A stretch of DNA of 64,000 bases from an uncultured virus (IMG/VR IMGVR_UViG_3300009194_000004) (Duplodnaviria; Heunggongvirae; Uroviricota; Caudoviricetes): positions 62,001 through 126,000 of IMG/VR virus record IMGVR_UViG_3300009194_000004; one strand, 5' to 3'. Each line of letters opens with the position of its first letter. The stretch's first letter is position 1. Shown piece after piece: positions 1 to 8,347 of the stretch. Under the pieces are notes generated by a model, which ran no database searches, was not told where the DNA came from, and was given only the letters and a program-made list of their open reading frames with translations. The position numbers and the translations under genes are program-made.

Positions 1-153
1 CCGGAGTACCAACACAACCCACCCAAGGAAGTGATTCCGGAGAATCCGGTTAAAGGTACCGAGTTCATGTATAAAGGAGAACACTGGATCTACGATGGCG
101 AATACTGGGTCGATGCTGACGACTACCACGGACCCACGGTGATCAGGAGTTAA
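1..153 (+). CDS. 3' end of a hypothetical protein (truncated by window edge)
   Basis: Frame 1 is open from base 1 (PEYQHNPPKEVIPENPVKGTEFMYKGEHWIYDGEYWVD...) to TAA at 151-153. Confidence 0.55.
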   Translation, partial: PEYQHNPPKEVIPENPVKGTEFMYKGEHWIYDGEYWVDADDYHGPTVIRS

Positions 154-169
154 CTTTTACTCGGTGGGT

Positions 170-415
170 TATAGTATGCCAGTAACGGGTTTGCCTGCCC
201 TGCATCGTTGACCTCGCCCGTTACTGAGACCCCTGTGATCCAGTCACAGCTTTACGACAAACGGTGGAAGCACTGGAGTACCACCAAAGGGCAATGTTGG
301 CTTTTCATAAATGTCCTCTTCACTATAGGACTGCCGATAACTGCCCCGTGAGTTGGGAGCCTGACCCAATGCCTTCGAGCAATCGAAGTGCAAACCCTGC
401 ACGGGGCAACCTATT
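170..415 (+). ncRNA. Candidate structured non-coding RNA (family unknown)
   Basis: Nested perfect helices 180-189/217-226, 233-238/244-249, 263-267/281-285, 325-329/410-414, 342-350/400-408, 353-357/365-369 and 373-378/383-388 (GCAA loop); followed by a terminator-like hairpin. Confidence 0.5.
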
Positions 416-417
416 CC

Positions 418-452
418 AAACTCCCCTCCCCAAGTGGGAGGGGTTTATGTTT
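418..452 (+). terminator. Intrinsic terminator-like hairpin
   Basis: CCCCTCCC-caagt-GGGAGGGG followed by TTTATGTTT. Confidence 0.65.
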
Positions 453-526
453 CCCATCCCACGCAATTTAACCTCTATATCACTTAGTTGAATCAAACCA
501 ACCCAATCCAACAAAAGGATGACACA

Positions 527-976
527 ATGATCAAAGTTACTTCAGTTGACCCAGTGATCGGTACCAACGAACTGACCAAAGACGACATCATGTACGTCGA
601 TACACATTGGTCAGAAATCGACGGCATTCGCTTCGTGGGCAATCGGTCCGATCTTGAACGGGCCAGTCTGCCTGTTCTGGAGCCGGTAAAGGTCGGCGAT
701 CGGTTCTACGGTGTGACAGTGCAGGTCCATTGGTCCGGTATGGTCGAATTCTGGTTCCATGCGGCGGATAAAGAAAACACACTGCATCTGGCCAAAGCCC
801 TGGCGACTCAAAAGAAGTTGATTACAACGGTCACACACTTGGCCCGCATCTTGGTCCGTTTCGACCGTGACGGTTCAAGAGTGGGTGAAGTCGATACCTT
901 GGATCGGTTCTATGAGAACTTGGACCCGAAACAGCTCGACTACTCCACGTTCACTGGTGATATGATTCCGACATAG
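527..976 (+). CDS. Hypothetical protein
   Basis: ORF with AAGGA RBS before ATG 527; followed by a terminator. Confidence 0.8.
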   Translation: MIKVTSVDPVIGTNELTKDDIMYVDTHWSEIDGIRFVGNRSDLERASLPVLEPVKVGDRFYGVTVQVHWSGMVEFWFHAADKENTLHLAKALATQKKLITTVTHLARILVRFDRDGSRVGEVDTLDRFYENLDPKQLDYSTFTGDMIPT

Positions 977-987
977 TCGGAATACCG

Positions 988-1017
988 GGGAGGGCTACGG
1001 CCCTCCCTTTTTTTTTT
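988..1017 (+). terminator. Rho-independent terminator
   Basis: GGGAGGGC-tacg-GCCCTCCC followed by a run of 10 T. Confidence 0.9.
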
Positions 1018-1066
1018 CATCCCATTTTATTTCAAATCTACATTATAAAGGAGAGTAACGACCCAC

Positions 1067-1723
1067 GTGGAGTACCTCCTTATGTTTGACATCGAAGAGT
1101 TGGGCCGACGGGCCTACCTTCAGGAGCTTCAGTTTCCTGAAGTGCATCGTAAAACCAAAACCAAACGCAGTGGTCGGTATGTTGTAACTACGACCACCTA
1201 CACCGCAACGTTCAACGATCACGAGACCGCCGACATTCTGGTGGACAACATGCCCGACGTTCCGGACTGGGTGAAAGAAGACTGGTTCAGTCAAGACCAT
1301 CCGGTCCGGGTGGCTGTGAAGGTCGAAGAAGAAGTAGCCGAAGGCGAGGAGATGCTCGCCCTCTTAGACCAAATGAAAAGCGGTGGTGCCGCTGATCTAC
1401 TCTTGGGCTTTTACAGTCACCGAAACGTGCAGTGTACGCACGAAGACAAAGGCGACAATCCAGAGGTCACGGCACTTCGAAAGGCATTGCAGGACGCCAT
1501 GGCACCAAAAGGAGCGCCCCGACAAAAATTGTCCCGGCGGGCAGGGAGTGAAGCAACCCCCAAAGCCTGTCCGCCGGAGCAACACCATTCGGGGGGAACG
1601 CAGTGTCAACGGAAAGGTCCGGAGAACCGGACGTCAAAAAGGTCGGGTGGTCATACGCCCGGGAAAGCGATACCACACGTGAGTCTGAGTGTGGTGTCGG
1701 TGGAGACTCAATCAATGCAATAG
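1067..1723 (+). CDS. Hypothetical protein with basic, disordered C-terminus
   Basis: 218-aa ORF at the head of a tightly packed + strand run; start could be GTG 1067 or ATG 1082. Confidence 0.65.
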   Translation: MEYLLMFDIEELGRRAYLQELQFPEVHRKTKTKRSGRYVVTTTTYTATFNDHETADILVDNMPDVPDWVKEDWFSQDHPVRVAVKVEEEVAEGEEMLALLDQMKSGGAADLLLGFYSHRNVQCTHEDKGDNPEVTALRKALQDAMAPKGAPRQKLSRRAGSEATPKACPPEQHHSGGTQCQRKGPENRTSKRSGGHTPGKAIPHVSLSVVSVETQSMQ

Positions 1724-1732
1724 GGGATAAGA

Positions 1733-2947
1733 ATGGGACGGTTGAACCACATCTTCCCGTCGCTAGTGTCAGATGTGGTGCCACGACCAGCCACAACCAA
1801 GCCTGGGTTGAAGCATACCTGTGTGCAGTACAGCATGCATAGTACCATGCGCTCGCCGATCTTCTGGCGGAACGCACTAGGGATTGTGGTATGCGAACCC
1901 GGAGCCTTATCGACAACAGCGGACGAGTATTTTTACATTACGATCGAGTACGAATTCGACCCCGGTGTAAAAATTGACTCGCGGGAGTTATTGTCTGAGT
2001 TAGAATTGCCGGACGATCACGTTGAGCGAAAAGGTATTGTCGATGCGCTATCCACATTGGAGCGCGAACCTACCTGGTATAACCAGCGTAAATTCTCCTA
2101 CACTCTGGGCATCTCCAGAGAGACGCTGGAACACATGGGTGGGGTTGTATACCTAAACGACGTAGACTTGGTGGTTGGGTTCGAGAAGCACCGAGACGCC
2201 GCAATCCATCCCTTCAGTCAACCGGGTCAGCGACAGCGCTTGAACGAAACGTTCCAAATGAACGACGGTTTAACGCAACGCTACCTCATGGTGGACAACT
2301 CGGGGATCAATGGAACACGTTGGGTGAACACTGGATACGGTGTATTTGAGATACACAGTGTGCAGGACCCCCAATTGCGAGACGGTGTTTATGTCACTAC
2401 CCGAAACACAGCAAACGCGGAACCGGAAACGGTTTTCTACGACTTCACCAATGCTGATAAAGCATTGGGCTTATACCGCAACCGCACGGAGGCGGAATCG
2501 TTCGGATCACCGGACGCACGATTCAAGGCTGAGCTGAAAGAAGCTGAGCAGGATCTGACGCGAGAAAAGATGGATCTTCAACGCAACAAACAGGAGATCG
2601 AACGTGAACAACACGAACTGGACCTCGAACGCCGCCGTTGGGACGACTACTACAAAGAAGAAGAAGCCCGACGAAAACGAGAACAAGATCAGCTAGACCT
2701 GGAAGTAAAACGACACAAAGAGGACATGGATAGACAGCGCGAGCGACTGAAGATGGAACGTGACCGCATGGAGTTTGAACGACAGACGTACTCGGAACGT
2801 CAGAAGTTTGAATACGACATGCGCAGCCGCGATCGGAAGGACCAAACCGATCAGTGGAAGTCCGCCGTCGAAGTTGGCAAGTTGTTTATTAGTGTCGTAG
2901 GGGTCGGTCTAGGCTTAGCGGCCTTGATCGTAAAACGACAAAAGTAG
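1733..2947 (+). CDS. Hypothetical protein with long coiled coil and C-terminal transmembrane anchor
   Basis: 404 aa; E/R/K/Q-rich coiled-coil stretch; terminal hydrophobic helix LFISVVGVGLGLAALIV followed by KRQK. Confidence 0.8.
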   Translation: MGRLNHIFPSLVSDVVPRPATTKPGLKHTCVQYSMHSTMRSPIFWRNALGIVVCEPGALSTTADEYFYITIEYEFDPGVKIDSRELLSELELPDDHVERKGIVDALSTLEREPTWYNQRKFSYTLGISRETLEHMGGVVYLNDVDLVVGFEKHRDAAIHPFSQPGQRQRLNETFQMNDGLTQRYLMVDNSGINGTRWVNTGYGVFEIHSVQDPQLRDGVYVTTRNTANAEPETVFYDFTNADKALGLYRNRTEAESFGSPDARFKAELKEAEQDLTREKMDLQRNKQEIEREQHELDLERRRWDDYYKEEEARRKREQDQLDLEVKRHKEDMDRQRERLKMERDRMEFERQTYSERQKFEYDMRSRDRKDQTDQWKSAVEVGKLFISVVGVGLGLAALIVKRQK

Positions 2948-2993
2948 TCAATGACTCTGGTGTAAGTCATTGGCGGCAACAGCGAGAGTTTGG

Positions 2994-4619
2994 ATGGATA
3001 ACGTACTGTTAGAGAGGATCAAAGAGCGAACGCCTGCGTTCAACCGCACGATCACCAACGGTCTGGCGGTGGAACACATGATGTCAGTCAACTCCGATAC
3101 CGGGGTGAACAGCACCATGGCGTACATCGATCGACTGATCCGCATCAACCAGGAGTTGTTCCCGGAAGGGTTGACCTACGATGGCAGTCAGGTGTGCTCT
3201 CCAGTAAAACATTTTGAAGAGCTGACACGCGAGTACAACTCAAAAAGAATAGCCAACATCGCACAGTTCGATACTTACCTGGTCAAGTACCAGTTCTCGT
3301 ACCATGGCGAAGCATTAATGCCACGTTTCATTCAGCTACCGTTCGTACGGGATGGTGGGTTGATGACACTCAATGGCGCGACCTACAACGTCTCCCCGGT
3401 ATTGACCGACGTGGGGTTCTCAGTGCTGAACGGTGGGATCTTCATCCCATTCCGACGGACTCGATTGAACTTCAAACGCACGGACCATCACTTCCTGGCC
3501 AACGGCCATCGGTGCATTGTGTACGTGATCTGGTCGATGATCCATAACGAGATGAGTAATCGCGGCAACCGTGATCTGGACAACCGCAAACCCATCCACT
3601 CGTCCTTGGCGCAATACTTCTTCTGCCGTTTCGGGGTGACCGGAACGTTTGAGAAGTGGGCCAATACGAAGGTGTGGTTGAAGTGGCGTGGCGAGGTGAA
3701 CAAGAAGGAGTTCCCCAGCAACCAGTTCACGATCTTCGAATCGTTGACCCTGAAAGGAAAACACCCCACAGGCGACCTGTGCCTGATTGTCCCCAAAGAA
3801 GCCGACACGGACTTTGTGCGGATGCTGGTGGGTGGTTTCTTTTACGTGGTTGACACTTTCCCCGACCGTTTCCAGGAGGTGAGTTACGCCGATGACATCA
3901 GCCAATGGCGCATCATCCTTGGACACATGGTGTTCGGGGATTACGAACACGCCGGCAAGGTCTTGGAGAACATTGACACGCACATGCGTTCGCAAGAAGT
4001 GTCGCTGGATGAGATGACCCGGGAGGAGCTGCGTTCGCGGCAAATCTACGTGGACAACATCTGGGACCTGTTCCACAAGATCATGACAGACCTCTCCCAT
4101 CACTTCTACCAAACCAACACCGAAGAGACTTCGATGTACAACAAGAAGCTGATGGTCCTGCGCTACATCACTGAGGAATTCAACTCAGCGATCTCATTGT
4201 TTGGTTACGGCTTCCAGAGCCGGCATGACAAGCAGTGGACCGCCGACGAGTTGAACGACGCACTGAAGCGCTTGTTTAAACTCAATACCTGCACCAAACG
4301 CCTGACCGTGGATCACGGTGAGGTGAACACCGTCAGCTACCCCGGTGATAACAAGATCTTCCGGATCACTTCCATGTTGATCCCACAAGACAAAGCCCGG
4401 CGCGGACGTGGTTTTGGTAAAGGTCTCATTTCCGATACCAGTCGATTGCTGCACGCATCGATTGCGGAAGTTGGTCAGTTCAACAACCAACCGAAGAACA
4501 ACCCGGATGGTCGAGCGCGAATCAATCCCAACATTCGCACTGAGGTCGATGGAACCATTCATCGCAACCCCGAACGGGAAGAACTGATCGATCGGACGCA
4601 AGCACGGTATCAACGTTAA
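2994..4619 (+). CDS. Probable non-virion RNA polymerase beta-like subunit, N-terminal part (phiKZ gp123-like)
   Basis: About 541 aa; LPFVRDGGLMTLNG (beta N-terminal-like) and LHASIAEVG...PDGRARINP segments; size and context match phiKZ-type split RNAP subunits. Recognition only. Confidence 0.7.
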   Translation: MDNVLLERIKERTPAFNRTITNGLAVEHMMSVNSDTGVNSTMAYIDRLIRINQELFPEGLTYDGSQVCSPVKHFEELTREYNSKRIANIAQFDTYLVKYQFSYHGEALMPRFIQLPFVRDGGLMTLNGATYNVSPVLTDVGFSVLNGGIFIPFRRTRLNFKRTDHHFLANGHRCIVYVIWSMIHNEMSNRGNRDLDNRKPIHSSLAQYFFCRFGVTGTFEKWANTKVWLKWRGEVNKKEFPSNQFTIFESLTLKGKHPTGDLCLIVPKEADTDFVRMLVGGFFYVVDTFPDRFQEVSYADDISQWRIILGHMVFGDYEHAGKVLENIDTHMRSQEVSLDEMTREELRSRQIYVDNIWDLFHKIMTDLSHHFYQTNTEETSMYNKKLMVLRYITEEFNSAISLFGYGFQSRHDKQWTADELNDALKRLFKLNTCTKRLTVDHGEVNTVSYPGDNKIFRITSMLIPQDKARRGRGFGKGLISDTSRLLHASIAEVGQFNNQPKNNPDGRARINPNIRTEVDGTIHRNPEREELIDRTQARYQR

Positions 4620-4646
4620 ATCGAACCCAAAAGAAGGACGAAGGTT

Positions 4647-6773
4647 ATGTATCAATCCCAGGCCCAACAACCCCCAGTACCTTTTGATCAAGTTGATCAG
4701 AACACGTTCAACCACAACCTCCCACAAGGCAACGACGTTTGGCCCCAATTGAACGTCCCTCAGCCGCTGGGTGGTCCAATCGTCGGACGGATCATCAGTG
4801 AGTTCCGTGCCTTGGCTCAAAGCCGAGTGATGACACACAATGCCACACCCTTGCACATGCTGGCTTACAACTTGATGAGCCAGAACTACTTCAACAACCA
4901 GCTGTTCTCTGATTGGTGTCAGCGTGCAGTGGACTTTGCCGAGTTCTTGGTTGTCGTGCAGCGCAACTCCCCGGATGTTGCCGTGCAGAAAGCGGTGATG
5001 AAGATCTACCGCAGCTTTCTAGCGGTGACTGCGGCCGAATACACCGTGGTGGCCCAACAGCTGGATCAGCGCACGTACAACGATCTGCTGGAAGCGAGTC
5101 GTGAGTTCCAAGACATCATGAACGACATCAAGGCGTTCCACGCGAACGGTCGTCAAGCGCAACCGCCGGGTTACGGTGGTGGTCAGCCGTATGGCGGCGG
5201 TTACGGCGGCCAACCCGCCCAACCGTATGGCATGCCTCAGGGCGGTGGCTACGGCATGGGCGGTGGCTACGGTCAAGGTGGTGCCGGTCAACTCCCACCC
5301 GTCGGTGCCGCACCACGGCCCGCTCCGGCCCCGGCACCTGCGCCAGCCGGTTACGGTCAAACCGGTCAGACCGTTCAGCCTGGTACCGTAGGACGTGGCA
5401 GTCCGTCTGCCGGTCGTTACGTTGACGACGTGGAACCGGTCAAGCCTCAGTCCTGGTCGTCTGGCACAGGTATGGGCCAAGGTCATACCCCAACCCAAAC
5501 AACCGCGCCGGCTCAGCCAGAACCGGTTGTGCAGGACGAACCGGAAGGTATCCCACCGGCGAACTTGGATGCCGTGGTCATGGACCCGTACGCGTTCGTG
5601 CCCAAAGGGAAAACCATCGACCGCGAACGTCCGTACGATCACTTCTACAACCCAGGCGGTGTGGAAATCGTACCGGCTCACCTGTCGAAGTGGAAGCGGA
5701 CCAAAGGCTCTGAGACACCGTACGCCATTGGACACGATCCAGAGGAGTACGTGTTGTTCCACGTCCGTTGGCCCGATGGGGTGGTGCAGGAAAAAATCGT
5801 CACATGGGACATTGAAATGGATTACCTCAAACACGAAATCAACGACAAACTGCGTGGACTGAAGATCAAGCCGGAAGGTAAGGTCATCGCCAGTCAGCAC
5901 ATGATCACTGACTACGACGCACTGGATACCACCACGGAAGTGTTGGAAACGAAAGTGGAAGGCCCGCTCGACGTTCAGTCCGAACTGAACCCGGTTCAGA
6001 TTGCCACGTTGTTCAGTGCCTCCAGTGATCTGGAAAACGAGCTGATGGCACGCAGTCAGCTGATCGAAGACCTGGAACTGCCGGCCGACACCAAGAAGCT
6101 CCCAGCGTACGAGTACACCAGCGGTTGTCTGTTCCCCATCGACCTGCCCAAAGAGGTCGAGCAGAAACTGTTTGCGGTGACTGAGTCCAAGGGCATGGTG
6201 GGTGTTGCCAAACGCCTGCAGAACTTGGTTGAGTCCGGTGAACTCCCAGTGCGGTACTACCGCTTCTTCAATGAACGACTGACCAAAGCACTGAACACCG
6301 TGCTGGCCGACAACCTGGCACTCCCGAATCTGAAGATGGACAGCTTTGTGGACGACGTGGAAGAACTCTACGACGTGTTCAAGCACAGCAGCAAATACGA
6401 TTCGGATCTGGTGACGGTACTGGACAGCCAAACCCCGATGTTCTTGAAGCGCTGGTTCAACCTGGCGTACGAGCAAACGGAAGGGGACGGCGACGGTCAG
6501 CTGAGCCTGTTCGAGGAAGTGGTGAACCTTCAGACCCGTTGGGCCACTGAGGAAATCGCTTCGCTGAACCTCACGCCGGAGCAGCCGGTGCTGATCAGTC
6601 AAACCACTCACGCCAAACTCTACGAGGTACTGCTTAGCATGGTTCGTCGGAACACCGATAAAGGTAATCTGCCGAACTGTCGCCTGCGCATCGTCTCGTC
6701 CGACGGTCACTACTACGAAGTGATTCGCGGTTGGCTCGTTGAAGGCTCCATCCTGTTGAAGGATCTGGGGTAA
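4647..6773 (+). CDS. Jumbo-phage hypothetical protein with G/Q/Y/P-rich low-complexity linker
   Basis: 708 aa; AAGG RBS; GYGGGQPYGGGYGGQ repeats between two apparently globular parts. Confidence 0.85.
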   Translation: MYQSQAQQPPVPFDQVDQNTFNHNLPQGNDVWPQLNVPQPLGGPIVGRIISEFRALAQSRVMTHNATPLHMLAYNLMSQNYFNNQLFSDWCQRAVDFAEFLVVVQRNSPDVAVQKAVMKIYRSFLAVTAAEYTVVAQQLDQRTYNDLLEASREFQDIMNDIKAFHANGRQAQPPGYGGGQPYGGGYGGQPAQPYGMPQGGGYGMGGGYGQGGAGQLPPVGAAPRPAPAPAPAPAGYGQTGQTVQPGTVGRGSPSAGRYVDDVEPVKPQSWSSGTGMGQGHTPTQTTAPAQPEPVVQDEPEGIPPANLDAVVMDPYAFVPKGKTIDRERPYDHFYNPGGVEIVPAHLSKWKRTKGSETPYAIGHDPEEYVLFHVRWPDGVVQEKIVTWDIEMDYLKHEINDKLRGLKIKPEGKVIASQHMITDYDALDTTTEVLETKVEGPLDVQSELNPVQIATLFSASSDLENELMARSQLIEDLELPADTKKLPAYEYTSGCLFPIDLPKEVEQKLFAVTESKGMVGVAKRLQNLVESGELPVRYYRFFNERLTKALNTVLADNLALPNLKMDSFVDDVEELYDVFKHSSKYDSDLVTVLDSQTPMFLKRWFNLAYEQTEGDGDGQLSLFEEVVNLQTRWATEEIASLNLTPEQPVLISQTTHAKLYEVLLSMVRRNTDKGNLPNCRLRIVSSDGHYYEVIRGWLVEGSILLKDLG

Positions 6774-6940
6774 CAAACACCCTTGGGGTAGGACTGGCCT
6801 GGGACTGCCCCAAGCTGGCCGGACCTGTAGGGTGTGAACCCTGTAGACCTACGGCACGCCTCTGGGTACTTTGCCCAGAGGTTCTTTCTTACAACAACGA
6901 TAATGGTCACGCATAGTGTCGACCAATCGTTTCGCAACCA

Positions 6941-6995
6941 GCGGCATAAGACAGCTCCCTTCGGGGAGCTGCTTTATGTCGTCTTTCTTTTTTTT
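6941..6995. terminator. Bidirectional terminator / dispersed palindrome
   Basis: GCGGCATAAGA-CAGCTCCC-ttcg-GGGAGCTG-CTTTATGTCG plus a T tract, between convergent genes. Confidence 0.85.
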
Positions 6996-7436
6996 TTATC
7001 CCCGGTAGTATAGCCGGGTTTCTCCAAACACCGCCAGAGAGCCTGTGGTGGCCCTGAAGACCAATCGATTGTCACCCGCCCCGATGGGTAGGTTAACGAC
7101 GTCACTGGTGGTCAGAGGCAACTTGAAGTGCTCTATCAGGACCGTCAGTGCCTCGTGGGTGTTGCGGTACTGTCCGATCACGCCCGGGACGGTCAATCGG
7201 TACAACAACTTTTCGATGTCCCAGCGATTGTACTTCACCCGCACGGAACCTGAGTGAACGGGATGACTCTGGGAAACCAGTATGTCAACTTCGGTGTTGT
7301 GGTCCGGGTCGGTGGCTCGTGCTTGAGGCAGCCCGAAGGCTACCTCATCGGGTTGGAGGGGTGGTTGTAAGTCTGGGTTTTCTGAGTTCAGTGCTTTCAC
7401 CAACTGAACTTCGGGACGCTCGTAAAACATAACCAT
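6996..7436 (-). CDS. Virion structural protein (paralog family)
   Basis: HNTEV...GSVRVKYNRWD motif shared with the 13.8-24 kb paralogs. Confidence 0.75.
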   Translation of the reverse strand: MVMFYERPEVQLVKALNSENPDLQPPLQPDEVAFGLPQARATDPDHNTEVDILVSQSHPVHSGSVRVKYNRWDIEKLLYRLTVPGVIGQYRNTHEALTVLIEHFKLPLTTSDVVNLPIGAGDNRLVFRATTGSLAVFGETRLYYRG

Positions 7437-7442
7437 GCCTTG

Positions 7443-8327
7443 TTAGTTGTAATGTAACAGCACCATGCCGGAAAGGTTCAAGCAGTATTCTGGGGACAAT
7501 GCCAACACCAAGACATACCGCTTATCCTTGACCGGCGTCCACTCGCTCTTAACGCGACCGTTATAGAGCACCTTGTACAAGGGATAGACCACCCCAGTGT
7601 CGTTGCTGACAACCTCCCACGTAAGGTTGAACACCGAAGGCGTGTTGGTCATCTGCCAACTGGCTTGGTGATTCCGACGGAGAATGTCCACCAATCGATC
7701 GACTGGCAAGCGGTCGTCGTCGCGCTCCAACCAGATCAAATCGTCCCGGTCACCGGTGAAGTCCACGTCCATCAGTTGGTACGCAGCGATGTTCTTAGGC
7801 GAGTCAGACAACCACAACGCAGGCAGCTCTGTCTGAACAATGGAATCGGCGATATCGGCTTTGTTGTGATCGAAGGAAACCACAAAGCTACCAGCCCACC
7901 GCAAAGACAGTGGGTGGGCCCGGACCACGTAGGTGTTGTCCGATCGGTAGTCGGTCCAATACATGGGTTCGATATCGTCGTGTGTCAAATGAATGCCTGT
8001 GCTCTCGGAGATGTGATGTAGGAAGTCGTCAGCTGAGAACGGCGGCGTTAGGCTTTTGACCAAGAACGGCCCGGACGCATTGAGGTAGTCCGCCAGCCAC
8101 AGACGTTGTAGGGTGAACGCTTTACGGCTGGGTTCTTCGAGTCGGTTTTGGTCACTGCTGCTGATGTGGGTTTTCAGACGGAGATTAATCCGTGTTGGGT
8201 CAGTGTCGTCGATTTCCAGATGGTCCAACTGGGTCCGTTGGGGGTGGTAGTCGAACGAGTATTGGGCGTTGATCGCTTGCAATATCCCCTCGAAAGGGGA
8301 CAGGTGCAGGTAGTCACTCAGTGTCAT
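7443..8327 (-). CDS. Virion structural protein (paralog family)
   Basis: SLRWAG motif and C-terminal G.VLLHYN, as in the paralogs. Confidence 0.75.
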   Translation of the reverse strand: MTLSDYLHLSPFEGILQAINAQYSFDYHPQRTQLDHLEIDDTDPTRINLRLKTHISSSDQNRLEEPSRKAFTLQRLWLADYLNASGPFLVKSLTPPFSADDFLHHISESTGIHLTHDDIEPMYWTDYRSDNTYVVRAHPLSLRWAGSFVVSFDHNKADIADSIVQTELPALWLSDSPKNIAAYQLMDVDFTGDRDDLIWLERDDDRLPVDRLVDILRRNHQASWQMTNTPSVFNLTWEVVSNDTGVVYPLYKVLYNGRVKSEWTPVKDKRYVLVLALSPEYCLNLSGMVLLHYN

Positions 8328-8347
8328 GTGTAATCACCTAGGTCTGT

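Noticed and set aside
264..514. Short ORFs 264..491 (+) and 323..514 (-)
   Set aside because: No RBS or recognisable motifs; both run through a terminator hairpin and dense secondary structure
3420..6776. Long antisense ORFs (3420..4112, 4194..4856, 5019..6776)
   Set aside because: Shadows of well-supported + strand genes, explained by codon bias
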